Assembly: GCA_965249285.1 (NCBI GenBank)
Contig: OZ252226.1
Coordinates: 1,465,360 to 1,529,359, forward strand
Length of the DNA: 64,000 bases
Source: Candidatus Foliamicus sp.
Lineage (GTDB): Bacteria; Pseudomonadota; Gammaproteobacteria; Steroidobacterales; Foliamicaceae
Reading direction: 5' to 3'
In this document: piece after piece, positions 40,297-54,152 of the stretch
Numbering within the stretch: position 1 is the first letter of the stretch
How the letters are laid out: every line of letters starts with the position of its first letter
Translations under genes and position numbers: made by a program
Notes under the pieces: model-generated
Database searches by the model: none
The model's input: the letters and a program-made list of their open reading frames with translations, nothing else
What the model was told of the DNA's origin: nothing

Positions 40297-40869
40297 ATGT
40301 CCACTGCTATCCTGGTTGACACGGCCTTCTTTCTGAAGCGATTCCGCCATGTCTACCCGGATCTGAATGCCAAAAATCCAACGATTTTCGCCGCCACGCT
40401 CTGCAAGATGTGCATGGCTCATGTTGGCGATGCCGACTTGTATCGGATCCTGGTTTACGACTGCCCGCCCCTAAATAAGCGAACGCATCATCCAATTACG
40501 CAGGAACTCGTAGACTTCCTAAAGCTCCCGGGCGCCCTATTCCGGTTGGAGTTTCACAAGCAGCTAAAGCAAAAGCGCAAAGTGGCGCTCCGTCTGGGTT
40601 ACCTCAGAGCGCAAAATTGGATAATCACGCCTGAAGCGGGGAAGAAACCTCTCGCCGGCAAGATAACGCCAGATCAGCTACAGCGGACCAACGCGAGATT
40701 CGACATCACCCAAAAAGGCGTCGACACAAAAATCGGGATTGATATTACTTCGCTCGCCTTGAAGCGCATGGTTAAGCAAATCGTGTTGGTGTCGGGCGAC
40801 GGCGACTTCGTGCCGACTGCAAAGTTGGCCAGACGCGAGGGGATCGATGTCGTATTGGATCCAATGTGA
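40297..40869 (+). CDS. NYN-domain (LabA/PIN-like) putative ribonuclease; the in-frame TGA may truncate it
   Basis: AILVDTAFFLKR...YRILVYDCPP...QKGVDTKIGIDI...LVSGDGDFVPTAKLARREGIDV is the NYN acidic-residue pattern. A GGAGG sits 8 nt before the ATG at 40297. G+C is much lower than in the neighbours. The frame stays open for 27 codons after the TGA, to 40953. Confidence 0.72.
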   Translation: MSTAILVDTAFFLKRFRHVYPDLNAKNPTIFAATLCKMCMAHVGDADLYRILVYDCPPLNKRTHHPITQELVDFLKLPGALFRLEFHKQLKQKRKVALRLGYLRAQNWIITPEAGKKPLAGKITPDQLQRTNARFDITQKGVDTKIGIDITSLALKRMVKQIVLVSGDGDFVPTAKLARREGIDVVLDPM

Positions 40870-40988
40870 TCTCACATCGGGGACGCGCTCCACGAGCACA
40901 TTGACGGCCTGCGTTCAACATCCCCTAAACCGCACAATTACAGAGCTGTCTGACCTTCGATCGCAATGGCGGACAGGCTACTGTTTGG

Positions 40989-41046
40989 CCATAGGAGTTT
41001 TCGCAGCGGGCGCCGTTGCGCTGACGCGCAGGGCACCAACGCTGGG
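40989..41046. repeat. inverted, degenerate copy of the REP tail module inside the low-GC islet
   Basis: ggagttttcgcagcgggcgccgttgcgctgacgcgcaggg is the reverse complement of the 57252-57293 tail (gtcagcgcaacggcgcccgctgcgaaaac is identical). Confidence 0.65.
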
Positions 41047-41199
41047 GACGATTGGGAAAAGCAGACACCTGCAACATGACGCTGCCAGGTCGTTCGCACA
41101 ACGCATAGCCTACCCTGGGGAGAGCTACGGATTCCTTCCTCAGCCGCTTCCGCCAGCGACGAGCGAGTACTTGCAGTGTGCAAGCCGTAAACTAGGCGC

Positions 41200-41859
41200 A
41201 TGTCTTCGCGCGTCACGTTTCGCTGTCTCAAGCCAGCCGTGCGAAGCGTCTTAGCCACTCTGCTGGGGCTTACGAGTCTCGCGCTTGCTCCCGCAACGGG
41301 TTTGGCGCAGGAAAACGACTTCCGGGTTGCTCTGGAGATGGTGGTGTTCGCCCAACTGGAACCGGAGGCCAGCACGGAGGACATTCTGGTGACTCCGCCT
41401 GACCTGCCTCCCGCGCGGACTTATCCCGCGCCTATTCGGCTGCCGGATGCAGGACCTGTGACGCCACAGACGCCACCCGGCGTAGTTGCGCTTACCCGCG
41501 CCCAATACGCGCTGGACGGGATTTGGGGGGCAATGCGCCGCAGCGCCGAGTACCGCCCGCTGGCCCATTTCGCCTGGGCCATGCCCGCGGAATGGAACGG
41601 CGCGGCAATCCCCTTGCGTCTATCGACCTTGTCCGCTGCTCCACTGGCTTTCAGTGGACAGGTTTCGCTGGAGGAGGATCGGTTCGTGCAACTCACGCTG
41701 GATGTGCGCCTGCCTGCCGAGCCTGACGCGGCAGGAACGTATCGCCTGACCGAGCGACGGCGCCTGCTTCTGGGAGAGATCCACTACTTCGACCATCCCC
41801 GCTTCGGTGCAATCGTGAGGCTATTCCGCTATCGCTCCCGGCCGCAAGCGGAAGAATGA
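41200..41859 (+). CDS. CsiV-like (DUF2803) periplasmic protein
   Basis: It has a signal peptide (LALAPATGLAQE), then ...VALEMVVFAQ..., and a C-terminal HYFDHPRFGAIVRL motif that I associate with the CsiV family. It occupies the position next to mfd as in Vibrio and Pseudomonas. Confidence 0.55.
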   Translation: MSSRVTFRCLKPAVRSVLATLLGLTSLALAPATGLAQENDFRVALEMVVFAQLEPEASTEDILVTPPDLPPARTYPAPIRLPDAGPVTPQTPPGVVALTRAQYALDGIWGAMRRSAEYRPLAHFAWAMPAEWNGAAIPLRLSTLSAAPLAFSGQVSLEEDRFVQLTLDVRLPAEPDAAGTYRLTERRRLLLGEIHYFDHPRFGAIVRLFRYRSRPQAEE

Positions 41860-41882
41860 ACACAAGCTGATCCGGAGCGAGG

Positions 41883-41938
41883 CAAAGGAGCGAGGGCATC
41901 CTGCCCTCGACGAGGGCGAGACGCCCTCGTTCCCAGCG
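41883..41938. repeat. REP pair flanked by a 20-bp direct duplication (41863-41882 and 41939-41958)
   Basis: ggagcgagggcatcctgccctcgac + gacgagggcgagacgccctcgttccc. The flanks are caagctgatccggagcgagg and caagctaatccggagcgagg. Confidence 0.85.
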
Positions 41939-41942
41939 CAAG

Positions 41943-42746
41943 CTAATCCGGAGCGAGGGCGAGACGCCCTGCTCCAGCGCTCCCATCGGGGGGATCGGAA
42001 TCCGAAATCCAGCGATTGATCAGTTGGCGGGCACGCTCAAGCGCCGAGTCCAGCCAAGTCCGGTGCTGGGCGTGAATGCCGGCGGTTTCGCCCGCTGCTT
42101 CCCGGCCTGCGGCGCAGTTCGTCACCAGCGAGAGTGAAACATAAGGGATACTGAGTTCACGCGCGAGCACGGCCTCCGGCATCAAAGTCATTCCGACCAG
42201 GGTGCAACCGTCGCGCTCCAGCCGGTCGATTTCCGCAGCGGTCTCCAGGCGCGGACCCTGCATAACTCCGTATACCCCCTGGGCAAGACAGCCCGTATTC
42301 ACCGCAGCCGCTGCCAGACCCTCCCGCATTTCGGGATCGAAGGGAACGGCGAATGCAATGAACGCGCTTTTTCCTGCGCCCTCCTCCGTGAAACTGGTTG
42401 CGCGCGAGTGCGTGTAGTCGATCAGGTCATGAGGTATGGCGACCGTCCCCGGAACGGCATCGGGCGCAATGCCGCCCACGGAATGCACGCCGAGGACGCA
42501 TTGCGCCCCCGCATCGGCCAGCGCATGCAGGTTTGCCCGGTAGTTGATTCGATGTGGCGCGATAGCGTAGTCCTCGCCATGCCGGTTCAGGAACAGGACC
42601 TCGATCCGATTGAGCCGGCGAATCTCCACGGGTGCGGAAGGCCGGCCATAGGGCTGACCTCCTTCCGGCGCCAGCCCTTCCTTCCTACCCAGACCCAAAC
42701 GCTCCGGCGGGACCCCGGAAATCAGCGCAAGCCCGTCAATCCGCAT
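41943..42746 (-). CDS. S-methyl-5'-thioadenosine/thioinosine phosphorylase family (PNP type)
   Basis: 267 aa with ...FLNRHGEDYAIAPHRINYRANLHALADAGAQCVLGVHSVGGI.... It lies next to nagZ as in P. aeruginosa. The last roughly 8 codons lie in a REP-like unit. Confidence 0.8.
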   Translation of the reverse strand: MRIDGLALISGVPPERLGLGRKEGLAPEGGQPYGRPSAPVEIRRLNRIEVLFLNRHGEDYAIAPHRINYRANLHALADAGAQCVLGVHSVGGIAPDAVPGTVAIPHDLIDYTHSRATSFTEEGAGKSAFIAFAVPFDPEMREGLAAAAVNTGCLAQGVYGVMQGPRLETAAEIDRLERDGCTLVGMTLMPEAVLARELSIPYVSLSLVTNCAAGREAAGETAGIHAQHRTWLDSALERARQLINRWISDSDPPDGSAGAGRLALAPD

Positions 42747-42800
42747 CAGCGATCAGGGTTTGAAAGGCGCCAGGCGCCCAGCAGCAAGACCAGGCATTCA

Positions 42801-43739
42801 CTAACGCACGCGCTGCAGCGTGGCGAGCCGTTGCGCGGAACCTGCATCGGGTACGTAGCGCCAGTCCTTAAGAAGCTCACGCACCCCCTCGGGGTCGTTG
42901 CAAATCGGCAGCATGTCGCAGCCGGCCTCCAGCGAAGCCGCCACGCGCTCGGCAAGCCCCCCGGCCTCTTGAGCGCCGTGCATGGACAGGTCATCGGCAA
43001 AGATCACGCCGGAGAAACCCAGGCGTTCACGCAGCTCTTGGCCTATCCATCGATCCGAGTAGCAAGGAGCGGAAGCGTCCACGGCGGGATATTGCACATG
43101 GGCGGTCATGATCGCGCCCAGACCCGCTCCTATCAGCCGTTCGAACGGCTCGAGATCAATGAGCAGCGCCGCATATTCCCTTTCATCCACCGGCGTCTCA
43201 TGATGGGAATCGGCCGCTACCCAGCCATGACCCGGAAAGTGCTTGGCCACGCAGGCCATGCCGGCGGCGCGTGCGCCTTGAAGAAATGCCAGTCCCAGGT
43301 CCGCGACAGTCCGGGGCTCGCCGTGCAGGGCGCGGTCGCCTATCACGGCGCTCCTGCCGTAGTCCAGGTCCACGACCGGCGCAAAGCTGAAGTCGATGTC
43401 CACCGCCTCCAACTCCAGCGCCACAAGCCGGCCCCGTGCGTAGGCCAATTCCTTCGCGCGCCCGGGCGCGCGATCATGAATTTCACCCAGAACCCGGGCC
43501 GGAGGGAGGGAGGAAAATCCCGAACGCATGCGCTGCACGCGACCTCCCTCCTGGTCGATAGCGATAAGTAAAGGGCAGCCTGCCGCGGTGCGAATCGCGC
43601 TAACCAGACGCCGGGTCTGCCCGGGAGAAAGGTAGTTGCGGGTAAACAGGATCACGCCACCGACGGCGGGATGGCGCAGCAGCCCCTCCTCTTCGGGCAA
43701 CAGGGCGGCGCCCTGCAGATCGATCATCAGCGGCCCCAC
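42801..43739 (-). CDS. nagZ: beta-N-acetylhexosaminidase NagZ
   Basis: GPLMIDLQG...GGVILFTRNY...IDQEGGRVQR...KHFPGHG are the GH3 NagZ motifs. I chose the GTG at 43739 (or ATG at 43727). The longer ORF-track version overlaps the upstream gene. Confidence 0.88.
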   Translation of the reverse strand: MGPLMIDLQGAALLPEEEGLLRHPAVGGVILFTRNYLSPGQTRRLVSAIRTAAGCPLLIAIDQEGGRVQRMRSGFSSLPPARVLGEIHDRAPGRAKELAYARGRLVALELEAVDIDFSFAPVVDLDYGRSAVIGDRALHGEPRTVADLGLAFLQGARAAGMACVAKHFPGHGWVAADSHHETPVDEREYAALLIDLEPFERLIGAGLGAIMTAHVQYPAVDASAPCYSDRWIGQELRERLGFSGVIFADDLSMHGAQEAGGLAERVAASLEAGCDMLPICNDPEGVRELLKDWRYVPDAGSAQRLATLQRVR

Positions 43740-43750
43740 GGCGGTTTCGC

Positions 43751-44233
43751 TCAGGGTCGAATTTCCACCCGGCAGCCAGGACCCACCTGGCCGCACAGCT
43801 GGATCACGTGGGCATTGCGCATGCGCACGCAGCCATGCGAGCGCGGAACTCCCATCGGCTCGGAATCCGGTGTTCCGTGGATGTAGATGTAACGGCGCAT
43901 GCTGTCGACCTGCCCGTACCGGTTTAGTCCGGGCTGTTCGCCGCACAGCCAGAGAATACGGCTCAGGATCCAGTCGCGACCGGGATGCTGTCGGGCCAGG
44001 TCTTCGGAGTAGATTTCTCCGGTTGGCCGGCGGCCGACGAAGACGGCGCCCGGCGGCTGCCCTGCGCCGATGCGAGCCCGGATGCGGTGCAAGCCGCGCG
44101 GCGTGCCCATGCTGTCGGCCAACTCGCCGGGGCCGTAACGGGACGTGGAAACTGCCCATTCCTGCCGCACCCTGCCTCCATCAAGAAGTTTCAGGGACTG
44201 CCGGGAAATGTCGATGAGCACTTCGCCAGGCAT
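43751..44233 (-). CDS. L,D-transpeptidase (YkuD) domain protein
   Basis: 160 aa with the catalytic motif HGTP...SHGCVRM. Confidence 0.8.
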   Translation of the reverse strand: MPGEVLIDISRQSLKLLDGGRVRQEWAVSTSRYGPGELADSMGTPRGLHRIRARIGAGQPPGAVFVGRRPTGEIYSEDLARQHPGRDWILSRILWLCGEQPGLNRYGQVDSMRRYIYIHGTPDSEPMGVPRSHGCVRMRNAHVIQLCGQVGPGCRVEIRP

Positions 44234-44378
44234 CGATCAAACGCTATGACTCAGTCTTCCCGTTGGCGCAGCCGATGACCGCCGTCCTGGGCGCCGGGTA
44301 AGGGCAAGGACACGCCGGACACCCGGCCCGGCAACTGAAGCCTGCATGGCACTCCCTGAGACCGGGCACCGCAGGCTC

Positions 44379-45302
44379 TTATGCCGCCTGCTCTTCCTGG
44401 ACAGCCCCCTTCGGCGAAGGGTCCGGGGCTGAGGCTTTCTGGTCGGAACTCTGCTTCGGCGAAGGGTCCGGGGCCGGAGCTTCCTGATCGGAACTCTCTT
44501 CCGGGGCGCCTTCTCCCGGCCCGTCCGCTTCCGCCTCCAACTTACCGGCAAAGGCCTTCAAGTGATCTTCGCTGCTGGCTTTCAGCACGTCAATCAGCAG
44601 CCCGTACTCTTCGTCCAGATTGTCTTGCGTCAGGTTGCCTCGCAAGTATTGGAAATGCAGGAACACCAGATAGGTATTCAGCGCGTCCTCAAGACAGTAG
44701 CGGCGAATGTCGCCGATCCTGCCGTCCAAGTAGGCGCCCATCACCGATGATCCATCCATCAGGTTCTTGCCGGGCAAGCCAAGCAAGGCGCAGGCCTCGC
44801 GCAGGCTGGGACGGCCCCGGCCCTGAAATCCGGATAGGGCATCCATGAGATCCGTATGGCGCCAATGGAAACGCGACAGATAGTTGTTGAAGCGGAAGAC
44901 ACGGTCGTTCACGCCGGTTTCCCAATAGGTCTTCGCCTGCACCTCGTAGCGAAGCGCTCGAAAGTTCAGAACCGGCAGGTCGAACGCCGCCCCATTCCAG
45001 GTAACCAGATCGGGCACATAGTGTCCCAGGCCGCGGAAAAACCGCATGATCAGTTCCGATTCCTTGGCGTCTTCGTCTCCCAGCACCAGCGGCCGCACGC
45101 CCTCATCATTGCGGAGCACCACCGCAATCGCCACCACTTTGTGCTGTATGGGCGGAAGAAATTCCAGACCGGTGCGCTGCTGATAGTGATGCTGCATAGC
45201 GCGCATCACCTCGCCGTCGTCCAGGTCATCGAGTCCGTATAGCGATCGCCCTAGTTCAGGATCCGGTACCGTCTCAATGTCGAAAATCAGTTGCGCACTC
45301 AT
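44379..45302 (-). CDS. predicted 3'-5' exonuclease related to the PolB exonuclease domain
   Basis: [10 protein letters not shown] (Exo I), ...LVTWNGAAFDLPVL (Exo II) and ...YCLEDALNTY (Exo III-like). The C-terminus carries a 15-aa tandem repeat. I chose the ATG at 45302. Confidence 0.7.
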   Translation of the reverse strand: MSAQLIFDIETVPDPELGRSLYGLDDLDDGEVMRAMQHHYQQRTGLEFLPPIQHKVVAIAVVLRNDEGVRPLVLGDEDAKESELIMRFFRGLGHYVPDLVTWNGAAFDLPVLNFRALRYEVQAKTYWETGVNDRVFRFNNYLSRFHWRHTDLMDALSGFQGRGRPSLREACALLGLPGKNLMDGSSVMGAYLDGRIGDIRRYCLEDALNTYLVFLHFQYLRGNLTQDNLDEEYGLLIDVLKASSEDHLKAFAGKLEAEADGPGEGAPEESSDQEAPAPDPSPKQSSDQKASAPDPSPKGAVQEEQAA

Positions 45303-45696
45303 CGCTTGCTCCCCCACTTCCAGTAACAAGTATCGCCGTTGCCACTACCAGGCCGGCTTCATCAGTCAAACTCAAGTGGCCACCGGATATTCCGGCGGCC
45401 GCGCACGCCGCCCTGCCGCGTGGCGAAAAAATAATTTCCGGGCGGCCTCGCCTATCGTGCCGGACTCCGGAATCGCGGACCCACATGCCGTGGCGAAAAC
45501 CCGTGCCCAGGGCCTTTACGATCGCCTCTTTAGCCGCGAAACGCATGGCGAGAAAGCGCACCGGGTTCTTGGCGCCGAGGAAGTCCCGCTGCTCGGAATC
45601 CATCAGCACGCGGCGCGCAAACCGATCGCCGAAGCGCCGGTACACACGATCCACCCTGTCAATTCGCAGCAGGTCCGTTCCTATGCCGTAAATCAT
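45274..45696 (-). CDS. acpS: holo-[acyl-carrier-protein] synthase
   Basis: [15 protein letters not shown]...[12 protein letters not shown]. The pdxJ-acpS order supports the call. Confidence 0.9.
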   Translation of the reverse strand: MIYGIGTDLLRIDRVDRVYRRFGDRFARRVLMDSEQRDFLGAKNPVRFLAMRFAAKEAIVKALGTGFRHGMWVRDSGVRHDRRGRPEIIFSPRGRAACAAAGISGGHLSLTDEAGLVVATAILVTGSGGASDECATDFRH

Positions 45697-46430
45697 TGCC
45701 CCCTAGCCCCGCGAGCCGCCGTCATCAGACTCTTCATTCGCCGAACGGCCCCGGAAAACCCATCAAATAATGCTTGGGCAACGATAGCATGACCAATATT
45801 GAGTTCCGCAATCTGCTCAATCGCCGCAACTGCGGCGGTATTCTCGTAGTGGAGTCCGTGGCCGGCGTTAACCGCCAGCCCCAGGCCCGCGGCGACATCT
45901 GCGGCGTGCTTGATGCGCGCCAACTCCCCAGCCGCGGCCGCTCCCGCAACATCGGCGTACGCGCCCGTATGCAGCTCCACCACCGGCGCCCCGGTTGCGG
46001 CGGCGGCCTCAAGCTGAGCCTCATCAGGGTCAACGAACAGCGACACGCGCACACCCGCAGCCGCCAGGCGCACACACACATCTTCAAGCGCGCCTGCCTG
46101 TCCAAGAACGTCCAGCCCGCCTTCGGTCGTCAACTCCCGGCGCCGTTCAGGAACCAGGCAGCAATCCTCAGGCCGCCAGCGCTCAGCCAGCGCAACCATC
46201 TCCGCGGTAGCGGCCATCTCGAGGTTCACCCGAACGCCCGGCATCCGCACCAGACGCTCTAGGTCGTGGTCCTGGATATGGCGGCGATCTTCCCGCAGAT
46301 GCGCCGTAATGTAGTCGGCGCCGGCCGCCAGAGCCTGCTGCGCGGCCTCCACGGGATCGGGGTACACCGTGTTGCGCGCCTGGCGCAAGGTCGCCACGTG
46401 ATCTACGTTCACTCCAAGAAGAATCGTCAC
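45693..46430 (-). CDS. pdxJ: pyridoxine 5'-phosphate synthase
   Basis: [15 protein letters not shown]...[12 protein letters not shown]...ELHTG...NAGHGL. Confidence 0.93.
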   Translation of the reverse strand: MTILLGVNVDHVATLRQARNTVYPDPVEAAQQALAAGADYITAHLREDRRHIQDHDLERLVRMPGVRVNLEMAATAEMVALAERWRPEDCCLVPERRRELTTEGGLDVLGQAGALEDVCVRLAAAGVRVSLFVDPDEAQLEAAAATGAPVVELHTGAYADVAGAAAAGELARIKHAADVAAGLGLAVNAGHGLHYENTAAVAAIEQIAELNIGHAIVAQALFDGFSGAVRRMKSLMTAARGARGQ

Positions 46431-46726
46431 CGCAAATGCCCCTGTCGGGCTTTCTCTATTGCTGTTCGAAGTTTGACAGTTTGCCTACTTGATCGCAATG
46501 GCCTTCCAATCTTTTGATTTGCCTGACGGGCTGATTCAGAGTACCATGCGGCGCTCACATACTGGCTCGCGATAGCGCGATGCGCCGCTTTGATGCGGTG
46601 CCATGTCCCGGGCAAAACCTTCGAATATTCCCGTTCCGACCGCGCCCGGAGCCGGGCCAAGAACCGCCATATCACGACCGTGCCAGGGACTCCGGCCGCA
46701 CTGTTTGGCGCAGTAAGGATATCCTC

Positions 46727-48010
46727 GTGAACGATAACAAATTCTCAGGCCTCGACCTGGCCGATCCCATACAGCGCGCGCTGGCCGCCCGAGGCCACCT
46801 CGAGCCGACCCCGATCCAGGAACGCGCCATTCCCGAACTGCTGGCCGGCAAGGATCTGCTGGGTATAGCCCAGACCGGCACCGGCAAGACGGCGGCCTTC
46901 GCGCTTCCCATTCTCGACCGGCTTTCGCGCGGTCACGGCAAGAAAGACCGCCGGCGCCCGCGCGCCCTGATTCTAGCGCCCACCCGCGAACTCGCGATCC
47001 AGATCGGCGAAGAAATCCGCGCCTACGCAATTTATCTTCATTTGCGCCATACCGTGATCTTCGGCGGTGTCGGCCAGAAGCCCCAGGTCAGCGCCCTGCG
47101 GCGCGGCGTTGATATTGTGGTCGCCACCCCGGGCCGGCTGCTTGATCTCATGGACCAAGGCTGGCTGAGACTCGGCGCGGTTGAAGTCCTGGTGCTGGAT
47201 GAAGCAGACCGCATGCTCGACATGGGTTTCGTGCGCGACGTCCGAAAGATTATCGGGGCCGTGCCCGCCGACCGCCAATCGCTGCTGTTTTCGGCCACCA
47301 TGCCCACCGAGGTTGCCCGTCTTTCGCGCACCATTCTGACCAATCCCGTGCTTGTTGAAGTAACACCGCGGGCCACGCCGGTCGCGCTCGTTGAACAGCT
47401 CGTCTATCACGTCGGCGCGCGGAAGAAGCTGGCCTTGCTGAACGGTATCCTGGAGGATCCGGCGCTGTCCCGGGTCCTGGTGTTTTCCCGCACCAAGCAT
47501 CGCGCCAACAGGATCACGGAGAAGCTCGGCAAGGCCGGGGTGAGCGTTGACGTAATCCACGGGAACAAGTCCCAAAGCAGCCGCCAGCGGGCCTTGAAAC
47601 GGTTCCGCGCCGGCCAGGTGCGCGTCCTGGTCGCAACCGACATCGCCGCCCGCGGCATCGATGTCGAGGGCGTCACCCATGTCATCAACTTTGAGTTGCC
47701 CAACGAGCCGGAAAGTTACGTCCACCGCATCGGCCGCACTGCGCGGGCGGGGGCCGGCGGATTTGCATTGTCGTTCTGCGATCCCACGGAACGGGCCTAT
47801 CTCAGCTCCATCGAACGCCTGATCCGCCACCGGCTGACGGTGGCCGGAGACGGTGTGACGCCCGCGCTGCCGAACAAGGCGGAAATGACCGGGAAGCATT
47901 CGCGCCGGCCCCGGCGCAACGGCGGCGCCCGCAACCAGCGCCGGGACCGGGCGGCAGCGCCGAATGCCGGCGCCATGAGGTTCCCCCGGGACCTCCCAGC
48001 CTCCGCCTGA
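46727..48010 (+). CDS. rhlE: ATP-dependent DEAD-box RNA helicase (RhlE-like)
   Basis: Q motif, [15 protein letters not shown] and [10 protein letters not shown], with a basic C-terminal tail. I chose the GTG at 46727, preceded by TAAGGA. A roughly 290-nt upstream untranslated gap precedes it. Confidence 0.88.
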   Translation: MNDNKFSGLDLADPIQRALAARGHLEPTPIQERAIPELLAGKDLLGIAQTGTGKTAAFALPILDRLSRGHGKKDRRRPRALILAPTRELAIQIGEEIRAYAIYLHLRHTVIFGGVGQKPQVSALRRGVDIVVATPGRLLDLMDQGWLRLGAVEVLVLDEADRMLDMGFVRDVRKIIGAVPADRQSLLFSATMPTEVARLSRTILTNPVLVEVTPRATPVALVEQLVYHVGARKKLALLNGILEDPALSRVLVFSRTKHRANRITEKLGKAGVSVDVIHGNKSQSSRQRALKRFRAGQVRVLVATDIAARGIDVEGVTHVINFELPNEPESYVHRIGRTARAGAGGFALSFCDPTERAYLSSIERLIRHRLTVAGDGVTPALPNKAEMTGKHSRRPRRNGGARNQRRDRAAAPNAGAMRFPRDLPASA

Positions 48011-48071
48011 ACAAGCCAGGCGACGCCATCAGGGCGGGGCCGCAGGCGCGCCAGGCGATGAAAAGCCTTGC

Positions 48072-53139
<5,068 letters not shown>

Positions 53140-53186
53140 TGCCCGTGGTTTTCAAAGGCGGGGTGACTGGTGTAAATTGCCCTGCC

Positions 53187-53582
53187 ATGAAGCCCATCCT
53201 GAAGACTTTTCCCAACCCGTGCACGGGCCGCAATTATACCATCAGCGTGCGAGCGCCCGAGTTCACCTGCCTGTGCCCGAAGACCGGTCAACCGGACTTC
53301 GCGGAGCTCACGATCGACTACGTACCGGACAAATTGTGCGTGGAGTTGAAGTCGCTGAAGCTGTATCTCAATTCCTTTCGGGACCGCGGCGCGTTTCACG
53401 AAGCGGTCAGTAACGAGATTCTGGATGAACTCGTAGCCGCCACCCGGCCCCGCTACATGCGGCTGGTTGGTCGATTCAATGTTCGCGGAGGCCTGTATAC
53501 GACCGTTACCGTGGAACATCGCGCGCCGGACTGGGAGCCGGAATCCGAGTTCGAAAAAGAACGCCCCGAAGGGGCCGCATAA
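53187..53582 (+). CDS. queF: NADPH-dependent 7-cyano-7-deazaguanine reductase (type I QueF)
   Basis: [37 protein letters not shown] is the QueF catalytic Cys and motif. I chose the ATG at 53187. Confidence 0.9.
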   Translation: MKPILKTFPNPCTGRNYTISVRAPEFTCLCPKTGQPDFAELTIDYVPDKLCVELKSLKLYLNSFRDRGAFHEAVSNEILDELVAATRPRYMRLVGRFNVRGGLYTTVTVEHRAPDWEPESEFEKERPEGAA

Positions 53583-53610
53583 CGCTATAATTCCGCGCGC
53601 TCGCAGTACC

Positions 53611-54045
53611 ATGAACGAACAACTCATACACGGCATTCCTCCTTATCGCCCCAAGAAGGGTGAGAAGTACATGAATGACGACCAACTGGAGCACTTCCGC
53701 AAGATACTGCTGTCGTGGAAGGCGGAATTGATGGGCGAGGTGGAGCGGACCGTGCATCACATGCGCGATGATGCAAGTAATTTCCCCGACCCGAGCGACC
53801 GGGCCACTCAGGAATCAGAATTCGGCCTGGAACTCAGGACCCGCGACCGGGAGCGCAAGCTGTTGAAGAAGATCAACGCCGCGCTGGAGCGGATCACGGA
53901 CGGCAGCTACGGCTATTGCGAGGAAACGGGCGAGGAAATCGGCCTGGAAAGGTTGCAGGCGCGGCCGGTGGCCACGCTATCGGTGGAAGCGCAACAACAC
54001 CGCGAGATGTCCGAGCGCCAATATCGCGATCGGACGACCCGCTAA
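53611..54045 (+). CDS. dksA: RNA polymerase-binding transcription factor DksA (single-Cys, non-zinc-finger type)
   Basis: The coiled-coil tip motif FPDPSDRATQE (DxxDxA) is present. The C-terminal region reads YGYCEETGEEIGLERLQARPVATLSVEAQ where E. coli has CxxC...CxxC. Confidence 0.9.
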   Translation: MNEQLIHGIPPYRPKKGEKYMNDDQLEHFRKILLSWKAELMGEVERTVHHMRDDASNFPDPSDRATQESEFGLELRTRDRERKLLKKINAALERITDGSYGYCEETGEEIGLERLQARPVATLSVEAQQHREMSERQYRDRTTR

Positions 54046-54048
54046 CTG

Positions 54049-54126
54049 CTGGGAGCGAGGGCGGGACGCTCTCTGGAGGAACTCGCGGTTTGAGAGAGTT
54101 CGAGGGCGGGATGCCGTCGTTCCCAG
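54049..54126. repeat. REP pair between the convergent dksA and pnp genes
   Basis: ctgggagcgagggcgggacgctctc ... ttcgagggcgggatgccgtcgttcccag. Confidence 0.7.
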
Positions 54127-54152
54127 GGAGGGTGCCCTTTACCCCGGGAGTG

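Noticed and set aside
40847-41384. ORFs 40847-41254 (+, 135 aa) and 40938-41384 (-, 148 aa) in the islet downstream of the NYN gene, as possible partner genes.
   Set aside because: They have no SD and no recognisable motifs. They overlap each other, the REP-tail remnant and the csiV-like signal-peptide region. The composition is not coding-like.
43740-44159. The 452-aa version of the nagZ ORF, with an Arg/Pro-rich 140-aa N-terminal extension.
   Set aside because: The extension entirely overlaps the L,D-transpeptidase gene in another frame. The conserved NagZ N-terminus (GPLMIDL) begins at the GTG at 43739.
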